From IMG/VR virus record IMGVR_UViG_3300021400_000113, positions 40,932-104,931 of that record: a stretch of 64,000 nucleotides of DNA, one strand, 5' to 3'. The stretch comes from a virus (Duplodnaviria; Heunggongvirae; Uroviricota; Caudoviricetes). The stretch's first letter is position 1. Every line of letters begins with the position of its first letter. The position numbers and the translations under genes are program-made. The notes beneath the pieces are model-generated. The model saw only the letters and a program-made list of their open reading frames with translations. It searched no databases and was not told the origin of the DNA. Of this stretch, positions 7,983 through 16,426 are shown in pieces.

Positions 7983-8057
7983 GGCATGGTAGCTGAGATG
8001 GATTAGCACTTGACTGAAAATCAAGATAGGTTGGATCGTTACCAACCCATGCCACCA
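7983..8057 (+). tRNA. tRNA-Phe (anticodon GAA)
   Basis: Perfect acceptor ggcatgg/ccatgcc. Anticodon stem cttga/tcaag, loop ctgaaaa. CCA is encoded. T-loop is atypical. Confidence 0.5.
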
Positions 8058-8060
8058 TAT

Positions 8061-8132
8061 AGGTCGGTGGTGCAATTGGTAGCATAGCGGTCTCCAAAAC
8101 CGTTGATTGGGGTTCGAGTCCCTGCCTTCCTG
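8061..8132 (+). tRNA. tRNA-Trp (anticodon CCA); imperfect acceptor
   Basis: Anticodon stem gcggt/accgt, loop ctccaaa. T-arm tgggg-ttcgagt-ccctg. Acceptor aggtcgg/ccttcct has 2 mismatches, the same pattern as tRNA-His. Confidence 0.45.
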
Positions 8133-8136
8133 CTAT

Positions 8137-8208
8137 GCGTCCAATTCTCGTCGGTCGGGAGAGGGTCTGCAAAATCCTTGTTAGTTGGTTCAACTCCAAC
8201 TGGACGCT
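8137..8208 (+). tRNA. tRNA-Cys (anticodon GCA)
   Basis: Perfect acceptor gcgtcca/tggacgc. Anticodon stem agggt/atcct, loop ctgcaaa. T-arm gttgg-ttcaact-ccaac. Confidence 0.55.
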
Positions 8209-8215
8209 TTATTAC

Positions 8216-8244
8216 TTGACTTTTAGTTAAAATTATAGTATAAT
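8216..8244 (+). promoter_or_regulatory. conserved phage promoter copy
   Basis: ttgact at 8216-8221 and tagtataat at 8236-8244, followed by aaatatgtaaagaac. Confidence 0.55.
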
Positions 8245-8263
8245 AAATATGTAAAGAACATGG

Positions 8264-8420
8264 GGTGTGATTAAAGCATCAGGGTAGTTTTCGCTGTACT
8301 TAGAAATAAGTACCGGTTCCGGGCAAACAGGAGCAAGCGTAAGGGTATGAAGCATTTTAATTGCACGCACCGAAGTGGGTCCGCACATCCACTGGGGTTC
8401 AATTCCCCCACACTCCACCA
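8264..8420 (+). ncRNA. ~157-nt RNA with tRNA-like termini (GGGG 5' end, T-arm plus CCA 3' end); long tRNA-like or intron-containing tRNA
   Basis: 5' ggggtgt pairs with 3' acactcc-a-cca. T-arm ctgggg-ttcaatt-cccc. About 85 extra nt in between. Lies directly downstream of a promoter copy. Confidence 0.3.
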
Positions 8421-8484
8421 GGTTCGTCTATGATGCCTTACGTAGACCGTGGGGTACAGACCACGTTAAAATTGCTGTACGTTA

Positions 8485-8560
8485 CGGGGTGTAGCGCAGT
8501 TGGTAGCGTGCTTGATTTGGGATCAAGAAGTCGTGGGTTCAAGTCCCACCACTCCGACCA
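8485..8560 (+). tRNA. tRNA-Pro (anticodon TGG)
   Basis: Acceptor cggggtg/cactccg. D-arm tagcgcagttggtagcg. Anticodon stem cttga/tcaag, loop tttggga. T-arm gtggg-ttcaagt-cccac. CCA is encoded. Confidence 0.6.
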
Positions 8561-8736
8561 GTAACCTTTGAGAATGGGAATATATAAAGGTGTTGCCGCC
8601 GAAGCGGGTCGCGAACCAAATCGGAAAGGAAAATTCTCGTATCCCGGACGAACCACTAGGGAATCTTAAGGAGGTGGCCGCCGTAAGCCCGGTCGTTAAA
8701 GATATACAAATGTTATTGGTATATCTGGCTTATTTT

Positions 8737-8806
8737 GCTTCATTGATGTAATGGCAACATAAGTGTTTCGTAAGCACCATATAGAGGTTCGACTCCCTAT
8801 GAAGCT
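8737..8806 (+). tRNA. tRNA-Thr (anticodon CGT)
   Basis: Perfect acceptor gcttcat/atgaagc. Anticodon stem gtgt/gcac, loop ttcgtaa. T-arm gagg-ttcgact-ccct. Confidence 0.45.
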
Positions 8807-8823
8807 TCAAGAAAGGTGATAAT

Positions 8824-9147
8824 ATGAAAGAAGATCGAAAACCAATCTATCGTATCCTCTTATTTTCAAAAATTCCTACATTAGATAAACTTGGATGGCC
8901 TGATTGTGGTACTCAGGATGACGTAGGTTTTTACTATGAATATGAAACCGCAGTTCGCGCGATGCATGAAAATTGGTGTGATATTCAAGACGGCGGATTA
9001 TTTAAAGCAGGATTTATTTTAACTTCATATCCAGGTTGTTATGATAACGCGACAAAAGATCGTCGTACTTATTTTGAATGGGATGAAGAACGCGGCGGGT
9101 TTTTTGAAAAAGAAGAACCAGAATGTTTTGAACATTTTTCTTATTAA
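8824..9147 (+). CDS. hypothetical protein
   Basis: ORF with RBS aaaggtgataatatg. Confidence 0.5.
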   Translation: MKEDRKPIYRILLFSKIPTLDKLGWPDCGTQDDVGFYYEYETAVRAMHENWCDIQDGGLFKAGFILTSYPGCYDNATKDRRTYFEWDEERGGFFEKEEPECFEHFSY

Positions 9148-9158
9148 GGAGAATTAAT

Positions 9159-9329
9159 ATGATGTATTTATCAGAATTACTAGACCGCCTAGAAGATTTA
9201 CGCATTTCTGACAGCGATTTTTTTGGAAAAGATTATGCTACTCAATGTGCCTATGAAAAAGCAAACGATATGCTTGATGAATGTTTACAAATAGTACAAG
9301 ATTATTTTGGAGAGCATACGTTTGAATGA
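9159..9329 (+). CDS. small hypothetical protein (56 aa)
   Basis: RBS aaggag, ATG at 9159. TGA overlaps the ATG of the next gene. Confidence 0.4.
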   Translation: MMYLSELLDRLEDLRISDSDFFGKDYATQCAYEKANDMLDECLQIVQDYFGEHTFE

Positions 9330-9760
9330 AATTATATACTTCATATTTCGCGCAATTGCGTAATTTTCCACCAAATCTCGTAGGGCTTTCAACTGCGATT
9401 TGGAATCCTAAATGGCTTCAATCTGGACGAGATAAAAATGGAGCAATATGGTTAGATGTGCCTCCTTTAAAACCTGGCCGCGAATGTGATGGCCTTTGCG
9501 CGGGAAAATGTAATCCAAAGCATCCACAAGACTGCGCCTTTCTTAAAGTTTATTATGAACAATTAAAGAAAATAGATTATTTTAAATTTATGAATAAACT
9601 ATTTGATTTACATGATAAAATTTGTGAAAGTGAAGGAATGACTGAATTAGATTTTGCTTTTCTTGTATATGAAACGCCGCAAAATCCTTGTAGTGAACGC
9701 GCAATAATTCAAAAATGGTTTTATGAAAATGGAATGGAAATTGAAGAATGGCATAAATAA
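9326..9760 (+). CDS. hypothetical Cys-containing protein
   Basis: ORF of 144 aa. Start overlaps the upstream stop (ATGA). Confidence 0.5.
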   Translation: MKLYTSYFAQLRNFPPNLVGLSTAIWNPKWLQSGRDKNGAIWLDVPPLKPGRECDGLCAGKCNPKHPQDCAFLKVYYEQLKKIDYFKFMNKLFDLHDKICESEGMTELDFAFLVYETPQNPCSERAIIQKWFYENGMEIEEWHK

Positions 9761-9789
9761 TTGACTTTATTTTAAAATTATGTTATAAT
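9761..9789 (+). promoter_or_regulatory. conserved phage promoter copy
   Basis: ttgact at 9761-9766 and tgttataat at 9781-9789, followed by atatatgtaaaaaag. Confidence 0.55.
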
Positions 9790-9822
9790 ATATATGTAAA
9801 AAAGAAGAGGAGAAAAAAGAAG

Positions 9823-10011
9823 ATGGATGAAAACAAAAACGCTACTTTAAATTTTAATTTTTACCCTGACGACTATCCCGATGTAGATCTAAGTTTTCAT
9901 TGCAGTGAGGACCTAGATATGGCTGAACTGGTAGACTACTTTAAGCGATTTGTTTATGCAATAGGCTTTGCGCCCGGTACTGTTGAGAAATATCTTAGCG
10001 AGGATTATTAA
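9823..10011 (+). CDS. small acidic hypothetical protein
   Basis: ORF with RBS aagaggag. Confidence 0.4.
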   Translation: MDENKNATLNFNFYPDDYPDVDLSFHCSEDLDMAELVDYFKRFVYAIGFAPGTVEKYLSEDY

Positions 10012-10022
10012 TCCTCCTATAT

Positions 10023-10099
10023 CGGGCATTCGTATATTGGTATGATTACGCCAGTCTTATAAACTGGTCAGGGTGGTCCGATTCCACCATGCCCGACCA
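10023..10099 (+). tRNA. tRNA-Ile (anticodon TAT, AUA-reading type)
   Basis: Perfect acceptor cgggcat/atgcccg. Anticodon stem ccagt/actgg, loop cttataa. T-arm ggtgg-tccgatt-ccacc. CCA is encoded. Confidence 0.5.
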
Positions 10100-10114
10100 T
10101 TAAAGGAGAATACT

Positions 10115-10582
10115 ATGTGGTTTTTAAAGAAAAAAGAAGAACCAATTCAAACCTATGAAGAAAGACCAAAAGAATGCCAACATAAATGGCGTGATTTTGA
10201 TCCAATTATGAAATTTAGTTTTTATCCATATCATGAGAATGAGGATAAAAATAAAAAGGGACAATTAAAAATCAGCATGAAAGAAAGTTATGTTTGCTGT
10301 TTATGCTTAGATCGTGAAGATAGAACTTTGTGCTCTTGGGTTTTTGAAAATTTAACTCAAGAGGAAGCATATAAAAAAGTTCAAGACTTCAAAAAAGAAT
10401 ATGAAGGATTTTATAAGCCAGAAGCTAAAATTGAGGATGAAATTCTTGATATGCAATATAATATTGATCGTGAATTTTTACGCAATTTAGCTTTATATCA
10501 TCCCGAAAAGGTTGGTTCTAGTTTTCAATCTATCACTCGTGTTCCTACACTTTCTGAATTTAAAGGTGATAAAAATGCTTAA
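10115..10582 (+). CDS. hypothetical protein
   Basis: RBS aaaggag then ATG at 10115 (MWFLKKKEE...). The upstream part of ORF 10073 overlaps a tRNA. Confidence 0.5.
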   Translation: MWFLKKKEEPIQTYEERPKECQHKWRDFDPIMKFSFYPYHENEDKNKKGQLKISMKESYVCCLCLDREDRTLCSWVFENLTQEEAYKKVQDFKKEYEGFYKPEAKIEDEILDMQYNIDREFLRNLALYHPEKVGSSFQSITRVPTLSEFKGDKNA

Positions 10583-10889
10583 TTATAATTATAATAGCGC
10601 AGAAGGATGGCGGTGTCCCCATTGTGGCGCAGTAATGGCTCCTTGGTAGCCTTCTTGTATTAATTGTACTGGCAAGAGTTAGAGACCAATAGAATATCAT
10701 ACTGCTGCTCCAAATATTACTATTCAATCTGGTAAAACTAACGCAACTCCTAACACTATTACTTGGGCTAGTTCATTAGATAATTGTATTACCACTGATA
10801 AAACTATAAATTGTACTTTAACTTCAAACACTATAACTGCTCAAGATAAATTACGTACAACTTTAAAATCTGCTGGAATTGATATTTGA
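10575..10889 (+). CDS. zinc-ribbon protein (CPHCG...CINCTG) with two in-frame TAGs
   Basis: ATG at 10575 overlaps the upstream stop. Frame stays open through 2 TAG codons to TGA at 10887-10889. Confidence 0.35.
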
Positions 10890-10914
10890 CTTTTATAAAA
10901 AATTATATTATAAT
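10886..10914 (+). promoter_or_regulatory. conserved phage promoter copy
   Basis: ttgact at 10886-10891 and attataat at 10907-10914, followed by atatatgtaaagaaaag. Drives GC-rich island 11040-11640 and downstream tRNAs. Confidence 0.5.
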
Positions 10915-11650
10915 ATATATGTAAAGAAAAGAGAAAGGAAAGGTGATTGATATGCGTAAAACTCGTCGTATTGTGTTTTCTTCCTCTTGGAGTCGTGCTC
11001 GTCAGGCTAAAGAAATTGATGAGTGGCAGATTTAAGCGCTTCATCTCAGATAGATGAGATGCGAAATTGCGGCCAATCGCTATACGGCGCTACCGTTAAT
11101 ACCCTTCTAACGCCTCTCGTAGAAGCGCACCACTAGAAGGTTTATCACCCGGGTATTGTGATGTAGGACATAGGGCCTACGGTTGTATGAAACAACGATA
11201 AAAATTCATAGCGAGAAGATGTCATCAGTAAATGAACTTGATGTGCATCCTCACAAATTGCGGCCAAATTGCATCGCTACCGTATCTTGCCTATTAAGTA
11301 GGTCGGCCGCTGAAAGATAGGAAGAAACCGCTAATTGATTATGTTCCTGCGGTATATAAAAAGAACGTAATTCGCGAAGAGAAGATTCTTAGAACGGAAC
11401 ACTTCATACCCCGAGCGTGGTAAAATAAAGTCCTCTAAGACGTAGCGCGGTATATAGCGGTCGCAACAGCGTGAGAGTAAAATAAAAACGCTAACAACAT
11501 GTTGGGGTTTACGGTGTAAAAATCCCCGCTATGGCGAAAAACCGTTTCCTTTGTAAGTGGCTAAGCCGATAGCCCATACATTGTGCGGTTTGTATAATAG
11601 TTATATAGATAAAGTATAGTGTCGCCGCAACATTATACATCGGCTTATAT

Positions 11651-11741
11651 GGGGAGGTACCCAAGTGGTTTAAGGGGGCTGCCTACTAAGCAGTTAGGCT
11701 AGGTAACTAGCGCGTGGGTTCAAATCCCACCCTCCCCGCCA
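11651..11741 (+). tRNA. class-II (Ser-like) tRNA with ACT anticodon
   Basis: Perfect acceptor ggggagg/cctcccc. D-arm cccaagtggtttaaggg. Anticodon stem gctgc/gcagt, loop ctactaa. Variable arm gctaggtaactagc. T-loop ttcaaat. CCA is encoded. Confidence 0.45.
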
Positions 11742-11742
11742 T

Positions 11743-11816
11743 GGGCGAGTAACCGAATTGGCATAGGTACCAGACTAAGAATCTGGGTTTTGAGGGTTCA
11801 ACTCCCTCTTTGCCCA
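11743..11816 (+). tRNA. tRNA with AAG anticodon (reads CUU; short variable loop)
   Basis: Acceptor gggcgag/tttgccc with G-U pairs. Anticodon stem ccaga/tctgg, loop ctaagaa. T-arm gaggg-ttcaact-ccctc. Confidence 0.4.
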
Positions 11817-11821
11817 TTTAT

Positions 11822-11896
11822 AGGCGAGTAGTCTAACGGTTTATTGGACATGCGGCTTTGACCCGCAGTGAGGTGGTTCGACTCCACCCTCGCCTG
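11822..11896 (+). tRNA. tRNA-Gln (anticodon TTG)
   Basis: Perfect acceptor aggcgag/ctcgcct. Anticodon stem tgcgg/ccgca, loop ctttgac. T-arm ggtgg-ttcgact-ccacc. Confidence 0.6.
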
Positions 11897-11971
11897 CTAA
11901 CGACTCTTACAGCAATTATTATAACCGCCATTTAATTTATATACAAGGTTAAGTATAGAGAGTCTAGATAT

Positions 11972-12161
11972 GCCGCCGTGGCTCAATGGTAGAGCAGCGC
12001 ACTTGTCAAGTTAGTTTAAGAGTAAAACACCCGAATCACAGGGATAAGACCGTATTAACTAATTAATTGACGAATTAATTAGGCGAAGATATGTAAGCTC
12101 AATACTTACACTTGGCTCCAGTAATGCGCAGGTTACAGGTTCAAGTCCTGCCGGCGGCTCC
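11972..12161 (+). tRNA. tRNA gene interrupted by a ~115-nt insertion in the anticodon loop (candidate intron-containing tRNA, possible TGT anticodon)
   Basis: Perfect acceptor gccgccg/cggcggc with CCA. D-arm gctcaatggtagagc. Anticodon stem 5' gcgca and loop start cttgtca at 11997-12008. Matching tgcgc lies at 12124-12128. T-arm cagg-ttcaagt-cctg follows. Confidence 0.45.
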
Positions 12162-12431
12162 AAGCGTTTAGGCGATATCGCTCTGAGAACAACCACCCAG
12201 GCAGTGAGGGGAGATAAGATATTCGCGAACAAGAGCTCCTTAGCCCTCACAATTAAGACAGGCTTTTCGGGTTAACACAGCAAATTATTTCCGAAGTAGT
12301 ATAAAGGTAGTACACTGTGAATAAAACCTCAGAGATTTCGGTTCGAATCCGAACCCCCTGTCTGTCTTGGAATTGCGGTTGAAATCTTCGGATGAAACCT
12401 GTCCCGGAGGATGCGTCCAAAGGGATTTTAT

Positions 12432-12517
12432 GGGCAGATGGCCGAGTGGCTTAAGGCGGCGGTCTTGAAAACCGTTGACGTGATGAACGTCCGTGGGTTC
12501 AAATCCTACTCTGCCCG
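12432..12517 (+). tRNA. tRNA-Ser (anticodon TGA), class II
   Basis: Perfect acceptor gggcaga/tctgccc. D-arm gccgagtggcttaaggc. Anticodon stem gcggt/accgt, loop cttgaaa. Variable arm gacgtgatgaacgtc. T-loop ttcaaat. Confidence 0.65.
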
Positions 12518-12536
12518 CTAATTATATATAAAGGAA

Positions 12537-12815
12537 GTGTTATCTATGAGGACAATGGCAGAAAAACGACACAATGATTACGTTAAGGCAATTCGTAAGC
12601 GTAGAATCGATCGTGAAACTTCTCCTTTATGTTGGAATCACGACTGGTATGATAACCTTCATCAATATAGTAAAAATAAAATTCACTGTTCTTGTCCAAT
12701 GTGCTCTGCTAAAACGAATAATCGCGGCAGAAAAGGTAGTTGGGAACCAAATACTACTTGGAGCATTACAGATCAGAAAAAATTAAATGCGTTAGCCTAT
12801 CAGGAGGATGAATAA
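12537..12815 (+). CDS. hypothetical Cys/His-containing protein
   Basis: ORF of 92 aa ending TAA. A hairpin terminator follows. Confidence 0.4.
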   Translation: MLSMRTMAEKRHNDYVKAIRKRRIDRETSPLCWNHDWYDNLHQYSKNKIHCSCPMCSAKTNNRGRKGSWEPNTTWSITDQKKLNALAYQEDE

Positions 12816-12831
12816 TCCTCCTCTTTTTTTT
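12802..12831 (+). terminator. rho-independent terminator
   Basis: Hairpin aggaggatgaataatcctcct followed by a T-run. Confidence 0.5.
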
Positions 12832-12833
12832 AT

Positions 12834-12862
12834 TTGACTTTTTTTATAATTTATTATATAAT
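12834..12862 (+). promoter_or_regulatory. conserved phage promoter copy
   Basis: ttgact at 12834-12839 and tatataat ending at 12862, 17-nt spacer. Confidence 0.45.
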
Positions 12863-12889
12863 ATAAATATAAAAGAAAGGAGATTAAAT

Positions 12890-13360
12890 ATGAAACCTAC
12901 ATTATATATTTTATGCGGGGCGCCAGGGAGTGGCAAATCAACCTTCGCCGCGAATTTAGTCCCTAATATTCATTGGGTCTCCCGCGATGCTACTCGATTT
13001 GAATTGGTTAAAGAAGAGGAAGAATATTTCTCTCATGAAAAAGAAGTATTTAATCGTTTTGTAGAACGAATTGTAATTTCACTACAAACTGGAGCAGATA
13101 CTATCGCAGACGCTACCCATTTAAACACCGCTTCCCGTAAAAAACTTACTAACGCGATTGATTCTTATTTTGAACTATATAATATTATTTATGTAATTTT
13201 TACTGCTTCCGCCGATTTATGCATCAAAAGAAATATTAATCGCGTGGGGCGCGAAAAGGTGCCAGAAGATGTAATTCGTAAAATGCGCGCTTCTCTTACT
13301 ATTCCTTATAATGAAGATGCCCGTGAAATTGGAAAATGGATTATTGAAGGAGAGGTTTAA
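12890..13360 (+). CDS. P-loop kinase, polynucleotide kinase (Pnk)-like
   Basis: N-terminal LYILCGAPGSGKSTFA Walker A resembles the T4 Pnk kinase domain. RBS aaaggag. Confidence 0.5.
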   Translation: MKPTLYILCGAPGSGKSTFAANLVPNIHWVSRDATRFELVKEEEEYFSHEKEVFNRFVERIVISLQTGADTIADATHLNTASRKKLTNAIDSYFELYNIIYVIFTASADLCIKRNINRVGREKVPEDVIRKMRASLTIPYNEDAREIGKWIIEGEV

Positions 13361-13365
13361 TTAAA

Positions 13366-13611
13366 ATGAGCTGGGAAGAAGAAGTAGAATTTAATAAACA
13401 ATTTGTTGATAGTCTTCCATTACGTGTTCCATTAGCAGGAGAAGATTTAGATGATTATATAGGTGAAATGGAAGAAGCTTTTAAAAATCAATTTCCACCA
13501 GAATTAGAGGGTTGTTTATTTAATTTTCTGTCTTTTGAAGAAAGTATTGAATATTTAGCAAAACGCTTTCATAAACGCATTTATGAAGTTACTAAATACT
13601 ATTTATATTGA
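13366..13611 (+). CDS. hypothetical acidic protein
   Basis: ORF of 81 aa. Confidence 0.4.
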   Translation: MSWEEEVEFNKQFVDSLPLRVPLAGEDLDDYIGEMEEAFKNQFPPELEGCLFNFLSFEESIEYLAKRFHKRIYEVTKYYLY

Positions 13612-13620
13612 GGAAATAAA

Positions 13621-14244
13621 ATGAGCGAATATTTTATAACTAGTGACCTTCATATTAATCATGAACAAGAGTTTTTATATGGACCACGTGGCTTTACTTC
13701 TGTTAAAGAAATGAATGAAGCCATCGTTGAAAAATGGAACTCAATAGTTAAACCAGAAGATATAATTTATAATCTTGGCGATATAGCAATGAATGATATT
13801 TCAGGCGCGATTCCATATCTTAAACAACTTAATGGCTTTCAATGGTGGATTCGTGGCAATCATTGTACCTTAAATAAAGTAAAAAGAATTTGCGAAGAGT
13901 GTAAAAATATTTCACTCATTAGTAATCCAGAAGCCTCTTGGGCAACAATGTTTAAATACGGAAAAATTTATTGCTATCTTTCCCATTATCCAACTATAAC
14001 CGCAAATTATGATGAAAAACATTTTAACCAGCATGTACTAGCATTACATGGGCATACGCATCAGCAAGCAAATTTTATGTATCCAAATAATCCTTTTTGT
14101 TATCATGTAGGAATGGATAGTCATAATTGTACTCCGGTTTCATTAGATGAAATTATTTGCGAAGTGCGACAGCGCTGGCTTGATTTACAAGCTTTAAAAA
14201 TTCCAGTTGAAGATTTATATACTTATCCAATGAGAGGAGAATAA
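13621..14244 (+). CDS. calcineurin-like metallophosphoesterase
   Basis: Motifs DLHINH, GDIAMND, GNHC and HGHTH match the metallophosphatase signature. Confidence 0.7.
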   Translation: MSEYFITSDLHINHEQEFLYGPRGFTSVKEMNEAIVEKWNSIVKPEDIIYNLGDIAMNDISGAIPYLKQLNGFQWWIRGNHCTLNKVKRICEECKNISLISNPEASWATMFKYGKIYCYLSHYPTITANYDEKHFNQHVLALHGHTHQQANFMYPNNPFCYHVGMDSHNCTPVSLDEIICEVRQRWLDLQALKIPVEDLYTYPMRGE

Positions 14245-14245
14245 T

Positions 14246-14629
14246 ATGAAAGAAGAAACTCGAATTCGTCAGCAAGAATATAAAGTTTATGTTACTAACG
14301 ACGGAAAAGAATTTACAAGTAAACGAGACGCAGAAAAACATGAAGTAGAACTTATGCCAGAAAAACAAATTCCAAACTTCCCTATCACTTTAAGAGCAAT
14401 GGAAGAATGCGGACGCTGCTATAAAATAGAATCCGAAGCAGATTTAAATTATTTGACATACAAAGAATGGAAAATTGCTTATTATGATTATATAGGGCCC
14501 GGATGGTATATCGTAATTTCACGCGATGGTGGCGATTCAGAAGATTACTATACGATATTTCCTGCAAGTAATTATATTCAAGATCTTCAGCATGATTTAA
14601 ATGAATTAAAGGAGTTGGATACTAAATGA
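14246..14629 (+). CDS. hypothetical protein
   Basis: ORF of 127 aa. Confidence 0.5.
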   Translation: MKEETRIRQQEYKVYVTNDGKEFTSKRDAEKHEVELMPEKQIPNFPITLRAMEECGRCYKIESEADLNYLTYKEWKIAYYDYIGPGWYIVISRDGGDSEDYYTIFPASNYIQDLQHDLNELKELDTK

Positions 14630-15189
14630 AATCATTTCTTGCTGGTGCCTTTATTGCCTTAGGATGTTGTTTATATATAAGTATTCCAGATAAAATTATT
14701 GGCGCTATTTGTTTTTCAATGGGACTTCTAGGTATTAGAATATTAGGTTTAAACTTATTTACAGGAAAAACACAATTTTTCTTAAAAAAAAATTCTCCTT
14801 ATAAACCACAAGATATATTAATGATATTTGTTGATAATTGTTTCGGTGTAGCGTTTATTTTATTTCTTACTCGCTGGACTCCAATCTATACCGCCGCACA
14901 GACAATTGGGTTAGCTAAAAACGCAATTCCAATTTATACATTATTTTTCAACAGTATAATGTGTGGCATCTTAATGACTATTGCTACCTATAAAGATACT
15001 CCATTATGGGTAAGTTCTCTTGCGGTTTTAGCTTTTATCACGGCGGGATTTAATCACTCAGTAGCAGATACATTTTATTTTATAGCAATGGGTGGTTGGG
15101 TTGCTCCATTAAAAATATTAATTATAGCCTTGGGCAACTTAATTGGTGGTCGTCTCGCGGCCTTAACTATTAGATTAAAAGAAAATTAA
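14626..15189 (+). CDS. integral membrane protein (multi-pass)
   Basis: Several hydrophobic segments. Confidence 0.5.
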   Translation: MKSFLAGAFIALGCCLYISIPDKIIGAICFSMGLLGIRILGLNLFTGKTQFFLKKNSPYKPQDILMIFVDNCFGVAFILFLTRWTPIYTAAQTIGLAKNAIPIYTLFFNSIMCGILMTIATYKDTPLWVSSLAVLAFITAGFNHSVADTFYFIAMGGWVAPLKILIIALGNLIGGRLAALTIRLKEN

Positions 15190-15201
15190 TAAAAAAAGGA
15201 G

Positions 15202-15230
15202 TTGAATTTTTTTTTATAAAATGCTATAAT
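15202..15230 (+). promoter_or_regulatory. variant promoter copy (TTGAAT -35) upstream of structural module
   Basis: ttgaat at 15202-15207 and tgctataat at 15222-15230, 17-nt spacer. Confidence 0.4.
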
Positions 15231-15299
15231 TCATCTATTAATTTACCACTTTATTTTTAGAAGTATTGGTGCAAAACTAATACATAAGGGGGGATAAAA

Positions 15300-15791
15300 A
15301 TGGCTATAAATAATTTAATACCTCCTAACCCACAACATGCGGTTTTAAAAAGAATTTATCCTTGGGATAAATATAATATTAATTTAATTCTCGAATGGTT
15401 ATATGAATAGGCATAGCAAACCGGATTCACTGGATCATTTGAAGAATTTAAATTACATTATGGGGAATATGTTGATTCTTTAGATATAGAAAAAATATAT
15501 GAAATTATCGGCCTTTATACCGAATCATATCATGTAACACCAACCGAAAATGAATAGGTTCTATTGACTAAAGATAAAATATTAAATCAAAATATAATAA
15601 TTAATCCCATTCCCTCAGAACTTATTCCGCAAGAATATTCTGGGGGATATTTAGTTACTCCTCTCCCTTATGTAGATCAAATTCTAAAAACAGAAAATAA
15701 AAAAATGACAGAAAATGTTGTGGTAGAGAAAATACCATACTATGAAACTAGTAATGCCGCTAATGGAAAAACAATTTATATTGGAAATTAA
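15300..15791 (+). CDS. hypothetical virion-associated protein with three in-frame TAGs
   Basis: RBS aagggggg then ATG at 15300. Frame is continuous with ORF 15564-15791 through 3 TAG codons. Ends TAA. Confidence 0.4.
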
Positions 15792-15803
15792 TGAGGTGAT
15801 TTT

Positions 15804-16412
15804 ATGGCTAATGAGTATATAAATAAAGTTATATACGGTGGAACTACTTTAATTGACTTAACTTCTGATGATATTACAGTATCTGACGTGCTAACAGGTA
15901 AAAAATTTCACTTACCTTCTGGTGCTCCAGCCACTGGTACATGCGCCTATGATGCTGACACATCTGACGCTACAGCTGTGGCAGCGGAAATTTTATCAAC
16001 AAAAACTGCTTATAAAAATGGTAGTAAATTAACTGGTACTATGCCAAATCGTGGTTCAGTAACTGGAACTATTTCAACCGTAAGTGGAGAATATACAATT
16101 CCACAAGGCTATCATGACGGATCAGGTAAGGTTAGTATCGCTTCTTCAGAGTAGGCTAAACTTATTGCAACTAATATTCGTGAAGGTGTAACTGTATTAG
16201 GGGTAACTGGTACTATGAATGGTAGTGAAAATGTTAAATCCACTGCCGCCTCAGTCACTCCTTATACGACCGCTCAAACAATTACTCCAACTGATTTAGG
16301 AGATTTTAACTCCATTACTCAAATTAATGTCGCAGCAATTGCGTACACAGAGACTGATAACGCAGCAGGCGGTAAAACTGTTACCATTGGTACAGTAAAT
16401 CCTAATAATTAA
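15804..16412 (+). CDS. tail fibre / receptor-binding-like protein, one in-frame TAG (16152-16154)
   Basis: ORFs 15804-16154 and 16215-16412 share a frame and are separated only by TAG. The N-terminal motif is paralogous to the next gene. Ser/Thr/Gly/Asn-rich. Confidence 0.5.
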
Positions 16413-16426
16413 TGGAGGAAAGGCCA

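Noticed and set aside
7690-8199. 169-aa minus-strand ORF
   Set aside because: Lies entirely over a dense plus-strand tRNA cluster (His, Gly, Phe, Trp, Cys). No RBS or promoter context. Almost certainly a spurious antisense frame.
7843-8218. Possible readthrough extension of gene 7475-7843 beyond its TAG into the tRNA cluster (frame stays free of TAA/TGA until ~8216)
   Set aside because: The extension would translate tRNA genes. More likely TAG is leaky or not 100% reassigned, or the openness is a coincidence of tRNA sequence. Left as TAG-terminated but flagged.
8264-8420. tmRNA hypothesis for the 157-nt RNA with GGGG 5' end and T-arm/CCA 3' end
   Set aside because: Too short for known tmRNAs. 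No convincing tag-peptide frame ending in ...ALAA followed by a stop (best candidate ends GKQEQA). Kept only as a tRNA-like ncRNA.
12195-12245. 7-bp inverted repeat gtgaggg...ccctcac as another split-tRNA acceptor
   Set aside because: No D-arm or T-arm between or around it. It is just a hairpin downstream of the tRNA.
12059-12250. 63-aa minus-strand ORF
   Set aside because: Overlaps the insert and 3' half of the intron-containing tRNA candidate and a structured hairpin region.
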